Shown here: one piece after another, positions 1 to 12,497 of the stretch
Layout of the letters: each line of letters starts with the position of its first letter
Position numbering within the stretch: the first letter of the stretch is position 1
Assembly: GCF_000026545.1 (NCBI RefSeq)
Contig: NC_011601.1
Length of the DNA: 64,000 nucleotides
Source of the DNA: Escherichia coli O127:H6 str. E2348/69
GTDB taxonomy: Bacteria > Pseudomonadota > Gammaproteobacteria > Enterobacterales > Enterobacteriaceae
Reading direction: 5' to 3' (one strand)
Notes under the pieces: model-generated
Told to the model about the DNA's origin: nothing
The model's database searches: none
Seen by the model: the letters and a program-made list of their open reading frames with translations, nothing else
Position numbers and translations under genes: made by a program

Positions 1-2375
1 GTAATATTAAGGAGCAGATTGCCGTTCTGAAGGGCAGTCTGCTGTTGTCACGTATCCTGTACCAGCAACAACAAACACTCCCCTCGGCAGATGAACTGGA
101 AAACATGACCAACCGCATCGCGGATTTGCGTCTCGAACAGTTTGAAGTCAACCAGCAGCGTGACGCGCTGTTCCAGAGCGATGCGTTCGTCAGCAAACTG
201 GAAGAAGGTCACACCAACGAAGTCAACAGCGAAGTTCACGATGCATTATTGCAAGTAGTTGATATGCGTCGCGAATTGCTGGATCAGCTTAACAAACAGT
301 TGGGTAACCAGCTGATGATGGCCATTAACCTGCAAATCAACCAGCAGCAGTTAATGAGTGTGTCGAAAAACCTGAAATCCATCCTGACGCAGCAAATTTT
401 TTGGGTGAACAGTAACCGCCCGATGGACTGGGACTGGATTAAAGCGTTCCCGCAAACGCTGAAAGATGAATTTAAGTCGATGAAAATCACGGTGAACTGG
501 GAAAAAGCCTGGCCCGCCGTATTCATCGCCTTCCTCGCTGGTTTGCCGCTGCTGTTGATTGCCGGGCTGATCCACTGGCGTCTGGGCTGGCTGAAAGCGT
601 ATCAACAAAAACTGGCTTCCGCTGTGGGTTCCCTGCGTAACGACAGCCAGCTCAACACACCAAAAGCGATCCTTATCGACCTGATCCGCGCACTGCCGGT
701 GTGCCTGATTATTCTCGCTGTCGGCCTGATTCTGCTGACTATGCAGCTCAATATCAGCGAGTTATTGTGGTCGTTCAGCAAAAAACTGGCGATTTTCTGG
801 CTGGTATTTGGCCTGTGCTGGAAAGTGCTGGAGAAAAATGGTGTTGCCGTGCGTCACTTTGGTATGCCGGAACAGCAGACCAGCCACTGGCGTCGGCAAA
901 TTGTCCGCATCAGCCTCGCGTTGCTGCCGATCCATTTCTGGTCTGTGGTGGCAGAACTCTCCCCGCTGCATTTGATGGATGATGTGCTGGGGCAGGCGAT
1001 GATTTTCTTCAACCTGCTGCTGATTGCCTTCCTGGTGTGGCCGATGTGCCGCGAAAGCTGGCGTGATAAAGAGTCGCACACCATGCGACTGGTCACCATT
1101 ACCGTGCTGTCGATTATCCCGATTGCGTTGATGGTGCTGACCGCCACGGGTTACTTCTACACCACGCTGCGCCTCTCCGGGCGTTGGATTGAAACCGTTT
1201 ATTTGGTGATCATCTGGAACCTGCTGTACCAGACGGTATTGCGCGGCTTAAGCGTAGCGGCGCGGCGTATCGCCTGGCGTCGTGCACTGGCGCGTCGGCA
1301 GAATCTGGTGAAAGAGGGCGCAGAAGGTGCCGAACCGCCGGAAGAACCCACCATTGCGCTGGAGCAGGTTAACCAGCAGACGCTGCGTATTACCATGTTG
1401 CTGATGTTTGCGCTGTTCGGTGTCATGTTCTGGGCAATTTGGTCTGATTTGATCACCGTGTTCAGCTATCTCGACAGCATTACGCTCTGGCATTACAACG
1501 CTACTGAAGCTGGTGCTGCGGTGGTGAAAAACGTCACCATGGGCAGTCTGTTGTTTGCGATTATCGCCTCAATGGTGGCCTGGGCGTTGATTCGCAACCT
1601 GCCTGGTTTGCTGGAAGTGCTGGTGCTCTCGCGACTGAATATGCGCCAGGGCGCGTCGTATGCCATTACTACCATCCTTAACTACATCATTATTGCCGTT
1701 GGTGCGATGACGGTGTTCGGATCGCTGGGCGTCTCGTGGGATAAACTCCAGTGGCTGGCGGCAGCATTATCCGTAGGTCTTGGTTTTGGTTTACAAGAGA
1801 TCTTCGGTAACTTCGTTTCCGGTTTGATCATTCTGTTCGAACGTCCGGTGCGCATAGGCGACACGGTAACCATTGGTAGCTTCTCGGGTACGGTCAGCAA
1901 GATCCGTATTCGTGCGACAACGATTACCGATTTCGATCGCAAAGAAGTGATTATCCCGAACAAAGCGTTTGTTACCGAGCGTCTGATCAACTGGTCGTTG
2001 ACTGACACGACTACGCGTCTGGTGATCCGTCTCGGCGTAGCCTATGGCTCCGATCTGGAAAAAGTGCGTAAAGTGTTGCTGAAGGCGGCGACTGAGCACC
2101 CAAGGGTGATGCACGAACCAATGCCGGAAGTCTTCTTTACGGCATTTGGTGCCAGCACGTTGGATCATGAGCTGCGTCTGTATGTGCGTGAACTGCGTGA
2201 CCGTAGCCGTACTGTCGATGAGCTGAACCGTACTATCGATCAGCTGTGCCGTGAAAACGACATCAACATTGCCTTTAACCAGCTTGAAGTGCATCTGCAC
2301 AACGAGAAGGGCGATGAAGTGACGGAAGTGAAACGCGACTACAAAGGCGACGATCCGACGCCAGCGGTAGGGTAA
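1..2375 (+). CDS. mscK: Potassium-dependent mechanosensitive channel MscK (KefA/AefA), C-terminal ~790 aa; the 5' end lies outside the window
   Basis: The frame is open from nt 3 to the TAA at 2373-2375, so the ORF-track start at 45 is only the first in-window start. It has multiple TM segments followed by an MscS-type pore/beta domain (GLGFGLQEIFGNFVSGLIILFERPVRIGD). The C-terminus and the neighbours (ybaM, priC) match the K-12 order. Confidence 0.93.
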   Translation, partial: NIKEQIAVLKGSLLLSRILYQQQQTLPSADELENMTNRIADLRLEQFEVNQQRDALFQSDAFVSKLEEGHTNEVNSEVHDALLQVVDMRRELLDQLNKQLGNQLMMAINLQINQQQLMSVSKNLKSILTQQIFWVNSNRPMDWDWIKAFPQTLKDEFKSMKITVNWEKAWPAVFIAFLAGLPLLLIAGLIHWRLGWLKAYQQKLASAVGSLRNDSQLNTPKAILIDLIRALPVCLIILAVGLILLTMQLNISELLWSFSKKLAIFWLVFGLCWKVLEKNGVAVRHFGMPEQQTSHWRRQIVRISLALLPIHFWSVVAELSPLHLMDDVLGQAMIFFNLLLIAFLVWPMCRESWRDKESHTMRLVTITVLSIIPIALMVLTATGYFYTTLRLSGRWIETVYLVIIWNLLYQTVLRGLSVAARRIAWRRALARRQNLVKEGAEGAEPPEEPTIALEQVNQQTLRITMLLMFALFGVMFWAIWSDLITVFSYLDSITLWHYNATEAGAAVVKNVTMGSLLFAIIASMVAWALIRNLPGLLEVLVLSRLNMRQGASYAITTILNYIIIAVGAMTVFGSLGVSWDKLQWLAAALSVGLGFGLQEIFGNFVSGLIILFERPVRIGDTVTIGSFSGTVSKIRIRATTITDFDRKEVIIPNKAFVTERLINWSLTDTTTRLVIRLGVAYGSDLEKVRKVLLKAATEHPRVMHEPMPEVFFTAFGASTLDHELRLYVRELRDRSRTVDELNRTIDQLCRENDINIAFNQLEVHLHNEKGDEVTEVKRDYKGDDPTPAVG

Positions 2376-2435
2376 TAACCAAAGGGGGCGACATTTAGTT
2401 GCCCCGAGATTACTAACAAAGTGCGCGTTGTTCAT

Positions 2436-2533
2436 GCCGGATGCGGCGTGACCGCCTTATCCGGCCTACGAAACCGCAAGAATTCAATATATTGCAGGAG
2501 CGGTGTAGGCCTGATAAGCGTAGCGCATCAGGC
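2436..2533. repeat. BIME: two inverted REP elements (GCCGGATGCGGCG...CTTATCCGGCCTAC / GTAGGCCTGATAAGCG...GCATCAGGC)
   Basis: The REP consensus is read directly, in the intergenic position between the convergent genes mscK and ybaM. Confidence 0.9.
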
Positions 2534-2586
2534 AGTTTTGCGTTTGCCCACAATCTTAGGGGACATTTAGCGGCCCCATTTATTTC

Positions 2587-2748
2587 TCACTTTTCCGCCT
2601 CATCATCGCGCGTTAATTTCTTTTCATAATCGCGTTTTACAATATCCAGCGCGCGCAGTACGGTGCGGGCTGGGATCTGATTTTCTTCCAGCAGCACAAT
2701 CAAATCGACGGCCAGTTTGACATCGTCAGGGGCATTTTCCAGTGACAT
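2587..2748 (-). CDS. ybaM: Small protein YbaM (53 aa, DUF2496)
   Basis: Hand-translated minus-strand ORF from ATG 2748 to TGA 2587: [53 protein letters not shown]. It is below the 60-aa cutoff of the ORF track. Its position upstream of priC matches K-12. Confidence 0.85.
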   Translation of the reverse strand: MSLENAPDDVKLAVDLIVLLEENQIPARTVLRALDIVKRDYEKKLTRDDEAEK

Positions 2749-2761
2749 ACTCTCTCCATTG

Positions 2762-3289
2762 CTAGCGGGTTAAACGCGCTAACCTGTTTTCGATTTTTTC
2801 CAGCGCATGGCGGCAGCGTGCCAGGCGCGCTTCATAGGCTTCCACTTCACGATGCAGTGTCTGCTGTTCCACGAGAGCGGTCGCTCGCGCCAGACGGGCT
2901 CTACGTTCGGCAACCATCTCACGTAGCCGCCGCTCAAAATCCTGATGCTGAATACGTTTACGCTGCCAGCGGGCAATTTTCGGTGGTGCGCTATCCCACT
3001 CGCGTAGCGACCAGGCTGTGGCTTCACGCGCTATAGCCTCCAGTTGCGCCGCCAGATGTTCTGCCAGCCAGGCGACTTGCGGCAGCTGTTGCTGCTCAAC
3101 CGCATGACGAAGCGCAGCCAGGTTATCGCCCGCCTCATCGAGACAAGCCTGTAGTGTTGTCGCACGGGTCTGAAAAAGGTGCCTGTCAAAACGGGCACTT
3201 AGCGTGGCAAATTGCGCTACCGGGGCACAACGCTGACGCAGCGTGGCGAGCTGTCCTTCCAGTTTTTCCAGTAGCAGGGTGGTTTTCAC
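2762..3289 (-). CDS. priC: Primosomal replication protein N'' (PriC)
   Basis: 175-aa ORF beginning [23 protein letters not shown]...; its length and synteny match E. coli PriC. Confidence 0.93.
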   Translation of the reverse strand: MKTTLLLEKLEGQLATLRQRCAPVAQFATLSARFDRHLFQTRATTLQACLDEAGDNLAALRHAVEQQQLPQVAWLAEHLAAQLEAIAREATAWSLREWDSAPPKIARWQRKRIQHQDFERRLREMVAERRARLARATALVEQQTLHREVEAYEARLARCRHALEKIENRLARLTR

Positions 3290-3358
3290 GATAAGACCTC
3301 AATGAAAATGATAATTGTTATGCTAAAGTAGCCACTCTGTAAGCTGACAACACTCAAT

Positions 3359-3736
3359 ATGCAACGAATCATTTTAATCATCATTGGCTGGCTGGCGGTA
3401 GTGCTGGGTACGCTAGGCGTGGTATTACCGGTATTACCGACGACGCCGTTTATCCTGCTGGCGGCCTGGTGCTTTGCCCGTTCTTCCCCGCGCTTTCACG
3501 CCTGGTTGCTGTACCGCTCATGGTTTGGCAGTTATCTACGTTTCTGGCAGAAACATCATGCGATGCCGCGCGGCGCAAAACCACGGGCGATTTTGCTTAT
3601 TTTGATTACGTTTACGATTTCGCTGTGGTTCGTCCAGATGCCGTGGGTGCGCATCATGTTGCTGGTAATTCTCGCCTGTTTGCTTTTTTATATGTGGCGA
3701 ATTCCGGTGATTGATGAAAAGCAAGAAAAGCACTGA
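3359..3736 (+). CDS. ybaN: Inner membrane protein YbaN (DUF454)
   Basis: 125-aa ORF with about 4 hydrophobic segments; syntenic with K-12 ybaN. Confidence 0.9.
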
Positions 3737-3888
3737 AGCACAACAATCGCAGTTGCAATTATTGCGTACAGCCAGTACATTCTGGCGTTTTCGAGCACAG
3801 GCGCAGGCGGTCAAAGGTTAAACAACTGTTACTTTTGATACGTTCAAAACGCGCCGTGAGTACCACCGTAACAAGCAGGCATACACTT

Positions 3889-4440
3889 ATGACCGCGACT
3901 GCACAGCAGCTTGAGTATCTCAAAAATAGCATCAAAAGCATTCAGGACTACCCAAAACCCGGCATTCTTTTCCGCGATGTCACCAGCTTACTGGAAGACC
4001 CGAAAGCTTACGCTCTCAGCATCGACTTGCTGGTTGAGCGTTACAAAAATGCGGGCATTACCAAAGTGGTCGGCACCGAAGCGCGTGGCTTCTTGTTTGG
4101 CGCTCCGGTAGCTCTGGGTCTGGGCGTTGGCTTTGTACCGGTCCGTAAACCGGGCAAACTGCCGCGTGAAACCATCAGTGAAACTTACGACCTGGAATAC
4201 GGCACCGATCAGCTGGAAATCCACGTTGATGCCATCAAACCGGGCGATAAAGTTCTGGTGGTGGACGATCTGCTGGCAACCGGCGGCACTATCGAAGCGA
4301 CCGTTAAACTGATCCGTCGTCTGGGTGGTGAAGTAGCTGACGCTGCGTTCATTATCAACCTGTTCGATCTCGGCGGTGAACAGCGTCTCGAAAAACAGGG
4401 CATTACCAGCTACAGCCTTGTCCCGTTCCCGGGCCATTAA
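3889..4440 (+). CDS. apt: Adenine phosphoribosyltransferase
   Basis: The internal ATG at 3889 gives the 183-aa protein [30 protein letters not shown]... It has the PRPP-binding motif [13 protein letters not shown]. The track ORF from 3835 is an N-terminal over-extension. Confidence 0.95.
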
Positions 4441-4568
4441 TTATCGTCAGTCTTGCGCTGCTCACGCTACGGGCAGCACAAGATGTGCATTCAGCCTCGC
4501 CGTTCTGACGGGGCTGTGTTAGCATTACCCCTTCGTGAATCCACCTTCCAGCGTTTCAGAGCCTGCCA

Positions 4569-6500
4569 ATGAGTTATCAGGTCTTAGCCCGAAAATGGCG
4601 CCCACAAACCTTTGCTGACGTCGTCGGCCAGGAACATGTGCTGACCGCACTGGCGAACGGCTTGTCGTTAGGGCGTATTCATCATGCTTATCTTTTTTCC
4701 GGCACCCGTGGCGTCGGAAAAACCTCTATCGCCCGACTGTTGGCGAAGGGGCTAAACTGCGAAACCGGCATTACCGCGACGCCGTGCGGCGTGTGCGATA
4801 ACTGTCGTGAAATCGAGCAGGGGCGCTTTGTCGATCTGATTGAAATCGACGCCGCCTCGCGCACTAAAGTCGAAGATACCCGCGACCTGCTGGATAACGT
4901 TCAGTACGCTCCGGCGCGTGGTCGTTTCAAAGTTTATCTCATCGACGAAGTGCATATGCTGTCGCGTCACAGCTTTAACGCACTGTTAAAAACCCTTGAA
5001 GAGCCGCCAGAGCACGTTAAGTTTTTGCTGGCGACGACCGATCCGCAGAAATTGCCGGTGACGATTTTGTCACGCTGTCTGCAATTTCATCTCAAGGCGC
5101 TGGATGTCGAGCAAATTCGCCATCAGCTTGAGCACATCCTCAACGAAGAACATATCGCTCACGAGCCGCGGGCGCTGCAATTGTTGGCACGCGCCGCTGA
5201 AGGCAGCCTGCGAGATGCCTTAAGTCTGACCGACCAGGCGATTGCCAGCGGTGACGGCCAGGTTTCAACCCAGGCGGTCAGTGCGATGCTGGGTACGCTT
5301 GACGACGATCAGGCGTTATCGCTGGTTGAAGCGATGGTCGAGGCCAACGGCGAGCGCGTAATGGCGCTAATTAATGAAGCTGCTGCCCGTGGTATCGAGT
5401 GGGAAGCGTTGCTGGTGGAAATGCTCGGTCTGTTGCATCGTATTGCGATGGTACAACTTTCGCCTGCTGCTCTTGGCAACGACATGGCCGCCATTGAGCT
5501 GCGGATGCGTGAACTGGCGCGCACCATACCGCCGACGGATATTCAGCTTTACTATCAGACGCTGTTGATTGGTCGCAAAGAATTACCGTATGCGCCAGAC
5601 CGCCGTATGGGTGTTGAGATGACGCTGCTGCGCGCGCTGGCGTTCCATCCGCGTATGCCTCTGCCTGAGCCAGAAGTGCCACGCCAGTCCTTTGCGCCCG
5701 TTGCGCCAACGGCAGTAATGACGCCAACACAGGTGCCGCCGCAACCGCAATCAGCGCTGCAGCAGGCACCGACTGTACCGCTCCCGGAAACCACCAGCCA
5801 GGTGCTGGCGGCGCGCCAGCAGTTGCAGCGCGTGCAGGGAGCAACCAAAGCAAAAAAGAGTGAACCGGCAGCCGCTACCCGCGCGCGGCCGGTGAATAAC
5901 GCTGCGCTGGAAAGACTGGCTTCGGTCACCGATCGCGTTCAGGCGCGCCCGGTGCCATCGGCGCTGGAAAAAGCGCCAGCCAAAAAAGAAGCGTATCGCT
6001 GGAAGGCGACCACTCCAGTGATGCAGCAAAAAGAAGTGGTCGCCACGCCGAAGGCGCTGAAAAAAGCGCTGGAACATGAAAAAACGCCGGAACTGGCGGC
6101 GAAGCTGGCGGCAGAAGCCATTGAGCGCGACCCGTGGGCGGCTCAGGTGAGTCAACTTTCGCTACCAAAACTGGTCGAACAGGTGGCGTTAAATGCCTGG
6201 AAAGAGGAGAGCGACAACGCAGTATGTCTGCATTTGCGCTCCTCTCAGCGGCATTTGAACAACCGCGGCGCACAGCAAAAACTGGCTGAAGCGTTGAGCA
6301 CGTTAAAAGGTTCAACGGTTGAACTGACTATCGTTGAAGATGATAATCCCGCGGTGCGTACGCCGCTGGAATGGCGTCAGGCGATATACGAAGAAAAACT
6401 TGCGCAGGCGCGCGAGTCCATTATTGCGGATAATAATATTCAGACCCTGCGTCGATTCTTCGATGCGGAGCTGGATGAAGAAAGTATCCGCCCCATTTGA
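4569..6500 (+). CDS. dnaX: DNA polymerase III tau subunit (full-length frame); the gamma subunit is made by a -1 frameshift
   Basis: 643-aa ORF with the AAA+ clamp-loader motifs GTRGVGKT and SRC, and a Pro/Gln-rich linker. Confidence 0.97.
   Translation: MSYQVLARKWRPQTFADVVGQEHVLTALANGLSLGRIHHAYLFSGTRGVGKTSIARLLAKGLNCETGITATPCGVCDNCREIEQGRFVDLIEIDAASRTKVEDTRDLLDNVQYAPARGRFKVYLIDEVHMLSRHSFNALLKTLEEPPEHVKFLLATTDPQKLPVTILSRCLQFHLKALDVEQIRHQLEHILNEEHIAHEPRALQLLARAAEGSLRDALSLTDQAIASGDGQVSTQAVSAMLGTLDDDQALSLVEAMVEANGERVMALINEAAARGIEWEALLVEMLGLLHRIAMVQLSPAALGNDMAAIELRMRELARTIPPTDIQLYYQTLLIGRKELPYAPDRRMGVEMTLLRALAFHPRMPLPEPEVPRQSFAPVAPTAVMTPTQVPPQPQSALQQAPTVPLPETTSQVLAARQQLQRVQGATKAKKSEPAAATRARPVNNAALERLASVTDRVQARPVPSALEKAPAKKEAYRWKATTPVMQQKEVVATPKALKKALEHEKTPELAAKLAAEAIERDPWAAQVSQLSLPKLVEQVALNAWKEESDNAVCLHLRSSQRHLNNRGAQQKLAEALSTLKGSTVELTIVEDDNPAVRTPLEWRQAIYEEKLAQARESIIADNNIQTLRRFFDAELDEESIRPI
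5836..5892 (+). promoter_or_regulatory. dnaX: dnaX programmed -1 ribosomal frameshift cassette: internal SD AGGGAG (5836-5841), slippery A AAA AAG (5852-5858), -1 frame stop TGA (5861-5863), stem-loop CCGGC...GCCGG (5865-5892)
   Basis: All four elements were read directly. After the slip, the -1 frame reads AAA AAA GAG TGA, which matches the known gamma-subunit terminus. Confidence 0.92.
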
Positions 6501-6537
6501 TCGTAAGCACAGCTTACGTTCGTCATCCTTAACGTGA

Positions 6538-6881
<344 letters not shown>

Positions 6882-6882
<1 letters not shown>

Positions 6883-7487
6883 TGCAAACCAGCCCGCTGT
6901 TAACACAGCTTATGGAAGCACTGCGCTGTCTGCCGGGCGTTGGCCCGAAGTCGGCGCAGCGTATGGCGTTCACGCTGCTTCAGCGCGATCGTAGCGGCGG
7001 GATGCGTCTGGCGCAGGCGCTCACCCGGGCGATGTCGGAAATCGGCCACTGCGCCGATTGCCGCACCTTCACCGAACAGGAAGTCTGTAACATCTGTTCG
7101 AATCCACGTCGTCAGGAAAACGGTCAAATCTGCGTGGTGGAGAGTCCGGCGGACATTTACGCCATTGAGCAGACGGGGCAGTTTTCAGGTCGTTATTTTG
7201 TGTTGATGGGGCATCTGTCACCGCTGGACGGCATCGGTCCTGATGATATCGGGCTTGATCGTCTGGAACAGCGTCTGGCAGAGGAAAAAATCACTGAAGT
7301 GATCCTCGCCACCAACCCCACGGTTGAAGGTGAAGCTACCGCTAACTACATTGCCGAGCTTTGTGCGCAATATGACGTGGAAGCCAGCCGAATCGCTCAT
7401 GGCGTACCGGTTGGCGGCGAACTGGAAATGGTCGATGGCACCACGCTGTCACACTCCCTTGCCGGGCGTCATAAGATTCGTTTTTAA
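6882..7487 (+). CDS. recR: Recombination protein RecR
   Basis: 201 aa, with the C4 zinc finger [16 protein letters not shown] and a Toprim region. Its start overlaps the ybaB stop (TGATG). Confidence 0.96.
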
Positions 7488-7596
7488 GCAAACGAGAGCA
7501 GGATCACCTGCTCTCGCTTGAAATTACTCTCCCTTGTCCCCATCTCTCCCTCATCCTGTTTTTAACCTTAAAATGGCATTATTGAGGTAGACCTAC

Positions 7597-9471
7597 ATGA
7601 AAGGACAAGAAACACGTGGTTTTCAGTCAGAAGTGAAACAGCTTCTGCACCTGATGATCCATTCTCTCTATTCCAATAAAGAAATCTTCCTGCGTGAGCT
7701 TATCTCTAACGCCTCCGATGCGGCGGACAAGCTGCGTTTCCGCGCGCTTTCTAACCCGGACCTGTACGAAGGTGATGGTGAACTACGCGTTCGTGTCTCT
7801 TTCGATAAAGACAAGCGCACGCTGACCATCTCCGATAACGGCGTGGGGATGACCCGCGACGAAGTGATTGACCATCTGGGGACTATCGCTAAATCCGGCA
7901 CCAAATCATTCCTCGAATCCCTGGGTTCTGACCAGGCGAAAGACAGCCAGCTGATCGGTCAGTTTGGTGTTGGTTTCTACTCTGCGTTTATCGTGGCTGA
8001 CAAAGTGACCGTGCGTACTCGCGCGGCAGGCGAAAAACCAGAAAACGGCGTCTTCTGGGAATCGGCTGGCGAAGGTGAATACACCGTTGCCGACATCACT
8101 AAAGAAGATCGTGGTACTGAAATCACCCTGCATCTGCGTGAAGGCGAAGACGAGTTCCTCGATGACTGGCGTGTGCGTTCCATCATCAGCAAATATTCCG
8201 ACCATATCGCGCTGCCGGTAGAGATCGAAAAACGCGAAGAGAAAGACGGCGAAACCATTATCTCCTGGGAGAAAATCAACAAAGCGCAGGCGCTGTGGAC
8301 TCGTAACAAGTCGGAAATCACCGATGAAGAGTACAAAGAGTTCTACAAACACATCGCCCACGACTTTAACGATCCGCTGACCTGGAGCCACAACCGCGTT
8401 GAAGGTAAGCAGGAGTACACCAGCCTGCTGTACATTCCGTCTCAGGCACCGTGGGATATGTGGAACCGCGATCATAAACACGGTCTGAAACTGTATGTTC
8501 AGCGTGTGTTCATCATGGACGACGCAGAACAGTTCATGCCGAACTATCTGCGCTTCGTGCGTGGTCTGATTGACTCCAGCGATCTGCCGCTGAACGTTTC
8601 CCGTGAAATCCTCCAGGACAGCACGGTAACGCGTAACCTGCGCAATGCGCTGACCAAGCGTGTGCTGCAAATGCTGGAAAAACTGGCGAAAGACGACGCG
8701 GAAAAATACCAGACCTTCTGGCAACAGTTTGGCCTGGTACTGAAAGAAGGTCCGGCGGAAGATTTCGCTAACCAGGAAGCGATCGCCAAACTGCTGCGTT
8801 TTGCTTCTACCCATACCGATTCTTCTGCGCAGACCGTGTCTCTGGAAGACTACGTTTCCCGCATGAAAGAAGGGCAGGAGAAAATCTACTATATCACCGC
8901 AGACAGCTACGCGGCAGCGAAGAGCAGCCCGCACCTGGAACTGCTGCGTAAGAAAGGCATCGAAGTTCTGCTGCTTTCCGACCGCATCGATGAGTGGATG
9001 ATGAACTATCTGACTGAGTTCGACGGTAAACCGTTCCAGTCTGTGTCTAAAGTTGACGAGTCGCTGGAAAAACTGGCTGACGAAGTTGATGAGAGCGCGA
9101 AAGAAGCGGAGAAAGCACTGACTCCGTTCATCGACCGTGTGAAAGCTCTGCTCGGCGAGCGCGTGAAAGATGTCCGTCTGACTCACCGTCTGACCGATAC
9201 GCCAGCGATCGTTTCGACCGACGCGGACGAAATGAGCACTCAGATGGCGAAACTGTTCGCTGCGGCGGGCCAGAAAGTGCCAGAAGTGAAATACATCTTC
9301 GAACTGAACCCGGATCACGTACTGGTGAAACGTGCGGCGGATACTGAAGATGAAGCGAAGTTCAGCGAGTGGGTAGAACTGCTGCTGGATCAGGCGCTGC
9401 TGGCAGAACGCGGCACGCTGGAAGATCCGAACCTGTTTATTCGTCGTATGAACCAGCTGCTGGTTTCTTGA
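7597..9471 (+). CDS. htpG: Hsp90-family chaperone HtpG
   Basis: 624 aa, with the N-terminal GHKL ATPase motifs ([20 protein letters not shown]). Confidence 0.97.
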   Translation: MKGQETRGFQSEVKQLLHLMIHSLYSNKEIFLRELISNASDAADKLRFRALSNPDLYEGDGELRVRVSFDKDKRTLTISDNGVGMTRDEVIDHLGTIAKSGTKSFLESLGSDQAKDSQLIGQFGVGFYSAFIVADKVTVRTRAAGEKPENGVFWESAGEGEYTVADITKEDRGTEITLHLREGEDEFLDDWRVRSIISKYSDHIALPVEIEKREEKDGETIISWEKINKAQALWTRNKSEITDEEYKEFYKHIAHDFNDPLTWSHNRVEGKQEYTSLLYIPSQAPWDMWNRDHKHGLKLYVQRVFIMDDAEQFMPNYLRFVRGLIDSSDLPLNVSREILQDSTVTRNLRNALTKRVLQMLEKLAKDDAEKYQTFWQQFGLVLKEGPAEDFANQEAIAKLLRFASTHTDSSAQTVSLEDYVSRMKEGQEKIYYITADSYAAAKSSPHLELLRKKGIEVLLLSDRIDEWMMNYLTEFDGKPFQSVSKVDESLEKLADEVDESAKEAEKALTPFIDRVKALLGERVKDVRLTHRLTDTPAIVSTDADEMSTQMAKLFAAAGQKVPEVKYIFELNPDHVLVKRAADTEDEAKFSEWVELLLDQALLAERGTLEDPNLFIRRMNQLLVS

Positions 9472-9579
9472 TGCCATGCCGGATGACCTTCGTGTCATCC
9501 GGCATTTTTCTTTTCTTCATCTGCACTTTCCGCAAATTATCTCGCCATTAACCGTTTCAGCCTCAGGTGCCTTTCTTGA

Positions 9580-10296
<717 letters not shown>

Positions 10297-10427
10297 TCAA
10301 GCCGCAGCAGATCTGCTTTCGGGCAGGTCTGCTCATCCTCCTCAGGCAATACCTCTTACAGCAATTAGTTCTTCTTCTTCACTTTTCCGCTACAATTATC
10401 AACAAGTTGAATCGATAAGAGGCGGTA

Positions 10428-11390
10428 ATGCGTCAGACTAAAACCGGTATCCTGCTGGCAAACCTGGGTACGCCCGATGCCCCCACACCTGAAGCGGTAA
10501 AACGCTATCTGAAACAATTTTTAAGCGACAGACGCGTGGTTGATACCTCACGGTTGTTATGGTGGCCGTTGCTGCGCGGCGTGATTTTGCCGCTGCGTTC
10601 GCCGCGTGTGGCGAAGCTGTATGCCTCTGTCTGGATGGAAGGTGGCTCGCCGCTGATGGTTTACAGCCGCCAGCAACAGCAGGCGCTGGCGCAACGTTTA
10701 CCGGAGACGCCCGTGGCGCTGGGAATGAGCTACGGCTCGCCATCACTGGAAAGCGCCGTAGATGAACTTCTGGCAGAGCATGTAGATCATATTGTGGTGC
10801 TGCCGCTTTATCCGCAATACTCCTGTTCAACGGTCGGTGCGGTATGGGATGAACTGGCACGCATTCTGGCGCGCAAACGTAGCATTCCGGGGATATCGTT
10901 TATTCGTGATTACGCCGATAACCACGATTATATTAATGCACTGGCGAACAGCGTACGTGCTTCTTTTGCCAAACATGGCGAACCGGATCTGTTGTTGCTC
11001 TCTTATCATGGCATTCCCCAGCGTTATGCAGATGAAGGCGATGATTACCCGCAACGTTGCCGCACAACAACTCGCGAACTCGCTTCCGCACTGGAGATGG
11101 CACCGGAAAAAGTGATGATGACCTTTCAGTCGCGCTTTGGCCGGGAACCCTGGCTGATGCCTTATACCGACGAAACGCTGAAAATGCTCGGAGAAAAAGG
11201 CGTGGGTCATATTCAGGTGATGTGCCCGGGCTTTGCTGCGGATTGTCTGGAGACGCTGGAAGAGATTGCCGAGCAAAACCGTGAAGTCTTCCTCGGCGCT
11301 GGCGGGAAAAAATATGAATATATTCCGGCGCTTAATGCCACGTCGGAACATATCGAAATGATGGCTAATCTTGTTGCCGCGTATCGCTAA
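10428..11390 (+). CDS. hemH: Ferrochelatase
   Basis: 320 aa beginning [38 protein letters not shown]...; syntenic. Confidence 0.95.
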   Translation: MRQTKTGILLANLGTPDAPTPEAVKRYLKQFLSDRRVVDTSRLLWWPLLRGVILPLRSPRVAKLYASVWMEGGSPLMVYSRQQQQALAQRLPETPVALGMSYGSPSLESAVDELLAEHVDHIVVLPLYPQYSCSTVGAVWDELARILARKRSIPGISFIRDYADNHDYINALANSVRASFAKHGEPDLLLLSYHGIPQRYADEGDDYPQRCRTTTRELASALEMAPEKVMMTFQSRFGREPWLMPYTDETLKMLGEKGVGHIQVMCPGFAADCLETLEEIAEQNREVFLGAGGKKYEYIPALNATSEHIEMMANLVAAYR

Positions 11391-12346
11391 AGCTGAGCGG
11401 TAAAGAACTGAGCGCCGTCGAGAAGAGCCTCGTCGGCGGTTTTCATCATCCGTGAATAATGCAAAAAGGCGTGCAGCGTGCCTGGGTAGAGTTTGAACTC
11501 ACAGGGCTGCTGATGCGCCGCTAACGTCTGGTAAAGCAGACGGCTGTCATCCAGCAGTGGATCGAACTCCGCCCCGGCAATAAAACAGGGCGGAACTTCG
11601 CGAGTGAGATCATTATTAAACAGGCAGTAATATGGCGACTCGCGGTCCGCGTCGTTGCTTAAATACGCCTCTTCATACATCTGCAAATCCTGTTGCGTTA
11701 AGCCATCCCAGACACCACCCAACAGACGACGAGTCACGGAATCCCGTAATCCGTAAAGCCCATACCACAGCAAAACGCCCGCAACTTTACCGCAATCGAT
11801 CTGTTTATCGCGCAACCACAACGCACTGGCGAGCGCCAGCATGGCACCTGCGGAATCACCGGCAAAACCAATGCGGGACATATTGATTTGATAATCCTCC
11901 GCCTGCTGGTGGAAATAACAACAGGCAGCCACAATTTCCTCTATCGCTTGCGGAAAACGCGCTTCAGGTGAAAGGGTGTAATCAATGCCAATCACCGTAC
12001 ATTGGCTGTAGCTTGCCAGCAGGCGCATGATGCGATCGTGGGTATCGAGATTGCCGAGAATAAAACCGCCTCCATGCAAATAAAATAGCGTCGCCGGGCT
12101 ATCTGGCTGCGGATAAAAGATACGTGTTTTCACCTGCCCATATTTTGTTGGAACCCTGTAAGCTCTGGTTGCCATTTCTGGAGCGCCCACATTCCAGAAT
12201 CGGCGCTCAAGCGTGTAATACTGTCGTTGCTCAGCAATCGTTCCCGTTGCAGGCCAGGGCGGTAAATCCGGCTGAAGAGTATTCACAACGGTCTTCATTT
12301 CAGCAGAGATAAGGTCCAGAACGGGTAATTTGTTTTCCGGCTTCAT
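11387..12346 (-). CDS. aes: Acetyl esterase (HSL-family alpha/beta hydrolase)
   Basis: 319 aa, with the HGGG oxyanion motif (LHGGGF) and the GDSAG nucleophile elbow. It is convergent with hemH and overlaps it by 4 nt. Confidence 0.95.
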   Translation of the reverse strand: MKPENKLPVLDLISAEMKTVVNTLQPDLPPWPATGTIAEQRQYYTLERRFWNVGAPEMATRAYRVPTKYGQVKTRIFYPQPDSPATLFYLHGGGFILGNLDTHDRIMRLLASYSQCTVIGIDYTLSPEARFPQAIEEIVAACCYFHQQAEDYQINMSRIGFAGDSAGAMLALASALWLRDKQIDCGKVAGVLLWYGLYGLRDSVTRRLLGGVWDGLTQQDLQMYEEAYLSNDADRESPYYCLFNNDLTREVPPCFIAGAEFDPLLDDSRLLYQTLAAHQQPCEFKLYPGTLHAFLHYSRMMKTADEALLDGAQFFTAQL

Positions 12347-12497
12347 GCAAAAACTCCTTTCAAATTACGTCATTGTAAGGAACCACTGCCATGAAAATGC
12401 GATCCCGCCTGCTGATATTGAAACTGGCTGCGTCTCGCGCGCTCCCGTCAGATTGTGTTAACATTCGCCGCTCAGTTAACCACCCGTAAAAACAACC

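Noticed and set aside
1791-2435. Long antisense ORFs opposite mscK (1791-2435). Similar ones lie opposite dnaX/ybaB (6312-6887), gsk (12921-13649), ushA (17660-18316), hemH (10827-11351), cnoX (33050-33610) and ylbE (58809-59501).
   Set aside because: All are fully nested antisense to well-supported conserved genes and have no SD or start context. Their composition is typical of reverse-complement translation. I treat them as shadow ORFs.
2385-2577. Two similar short hairpins, GGGGCGACATTTAGTTGCCCC (about 2385-2406) and GGGGACATTTAGCGGCCCC (about 2561-2577), flanking the mscK-ybaM BIME.
   Set aside because: They are most simply the terminators of the convergent genes mscK and ybaM, in a region that matches the K-12 core as far as I recall. 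I see no further structure.
3835-3888. N-terminal extensions in the ORF track for apt. The same applies to ybaB, adk, ybaQ, fetB, cnoX, tesA, gcl, ybbY, glxK, allC, ylbF, ybcF and purE.
   Set aside because: Internal ATG codons give proteins whose N-termini and lengths match the known E. coli proteins. The upstream parts overlap neighbouring genes or intergenic signals.
7906-9498. A 530-codon open frame antisense to htpG, the longest 'extra' ORF in the track.
   Set aside because: It lies entirely within the opposite strand of a highly conserved, codon-biased gene. The predicted protein is low-complexity (rich in R, F, Q and V), has no start context and resembles nothing I recognise. This is a typical shadow ORF produced by the codon bias of the sense gene.
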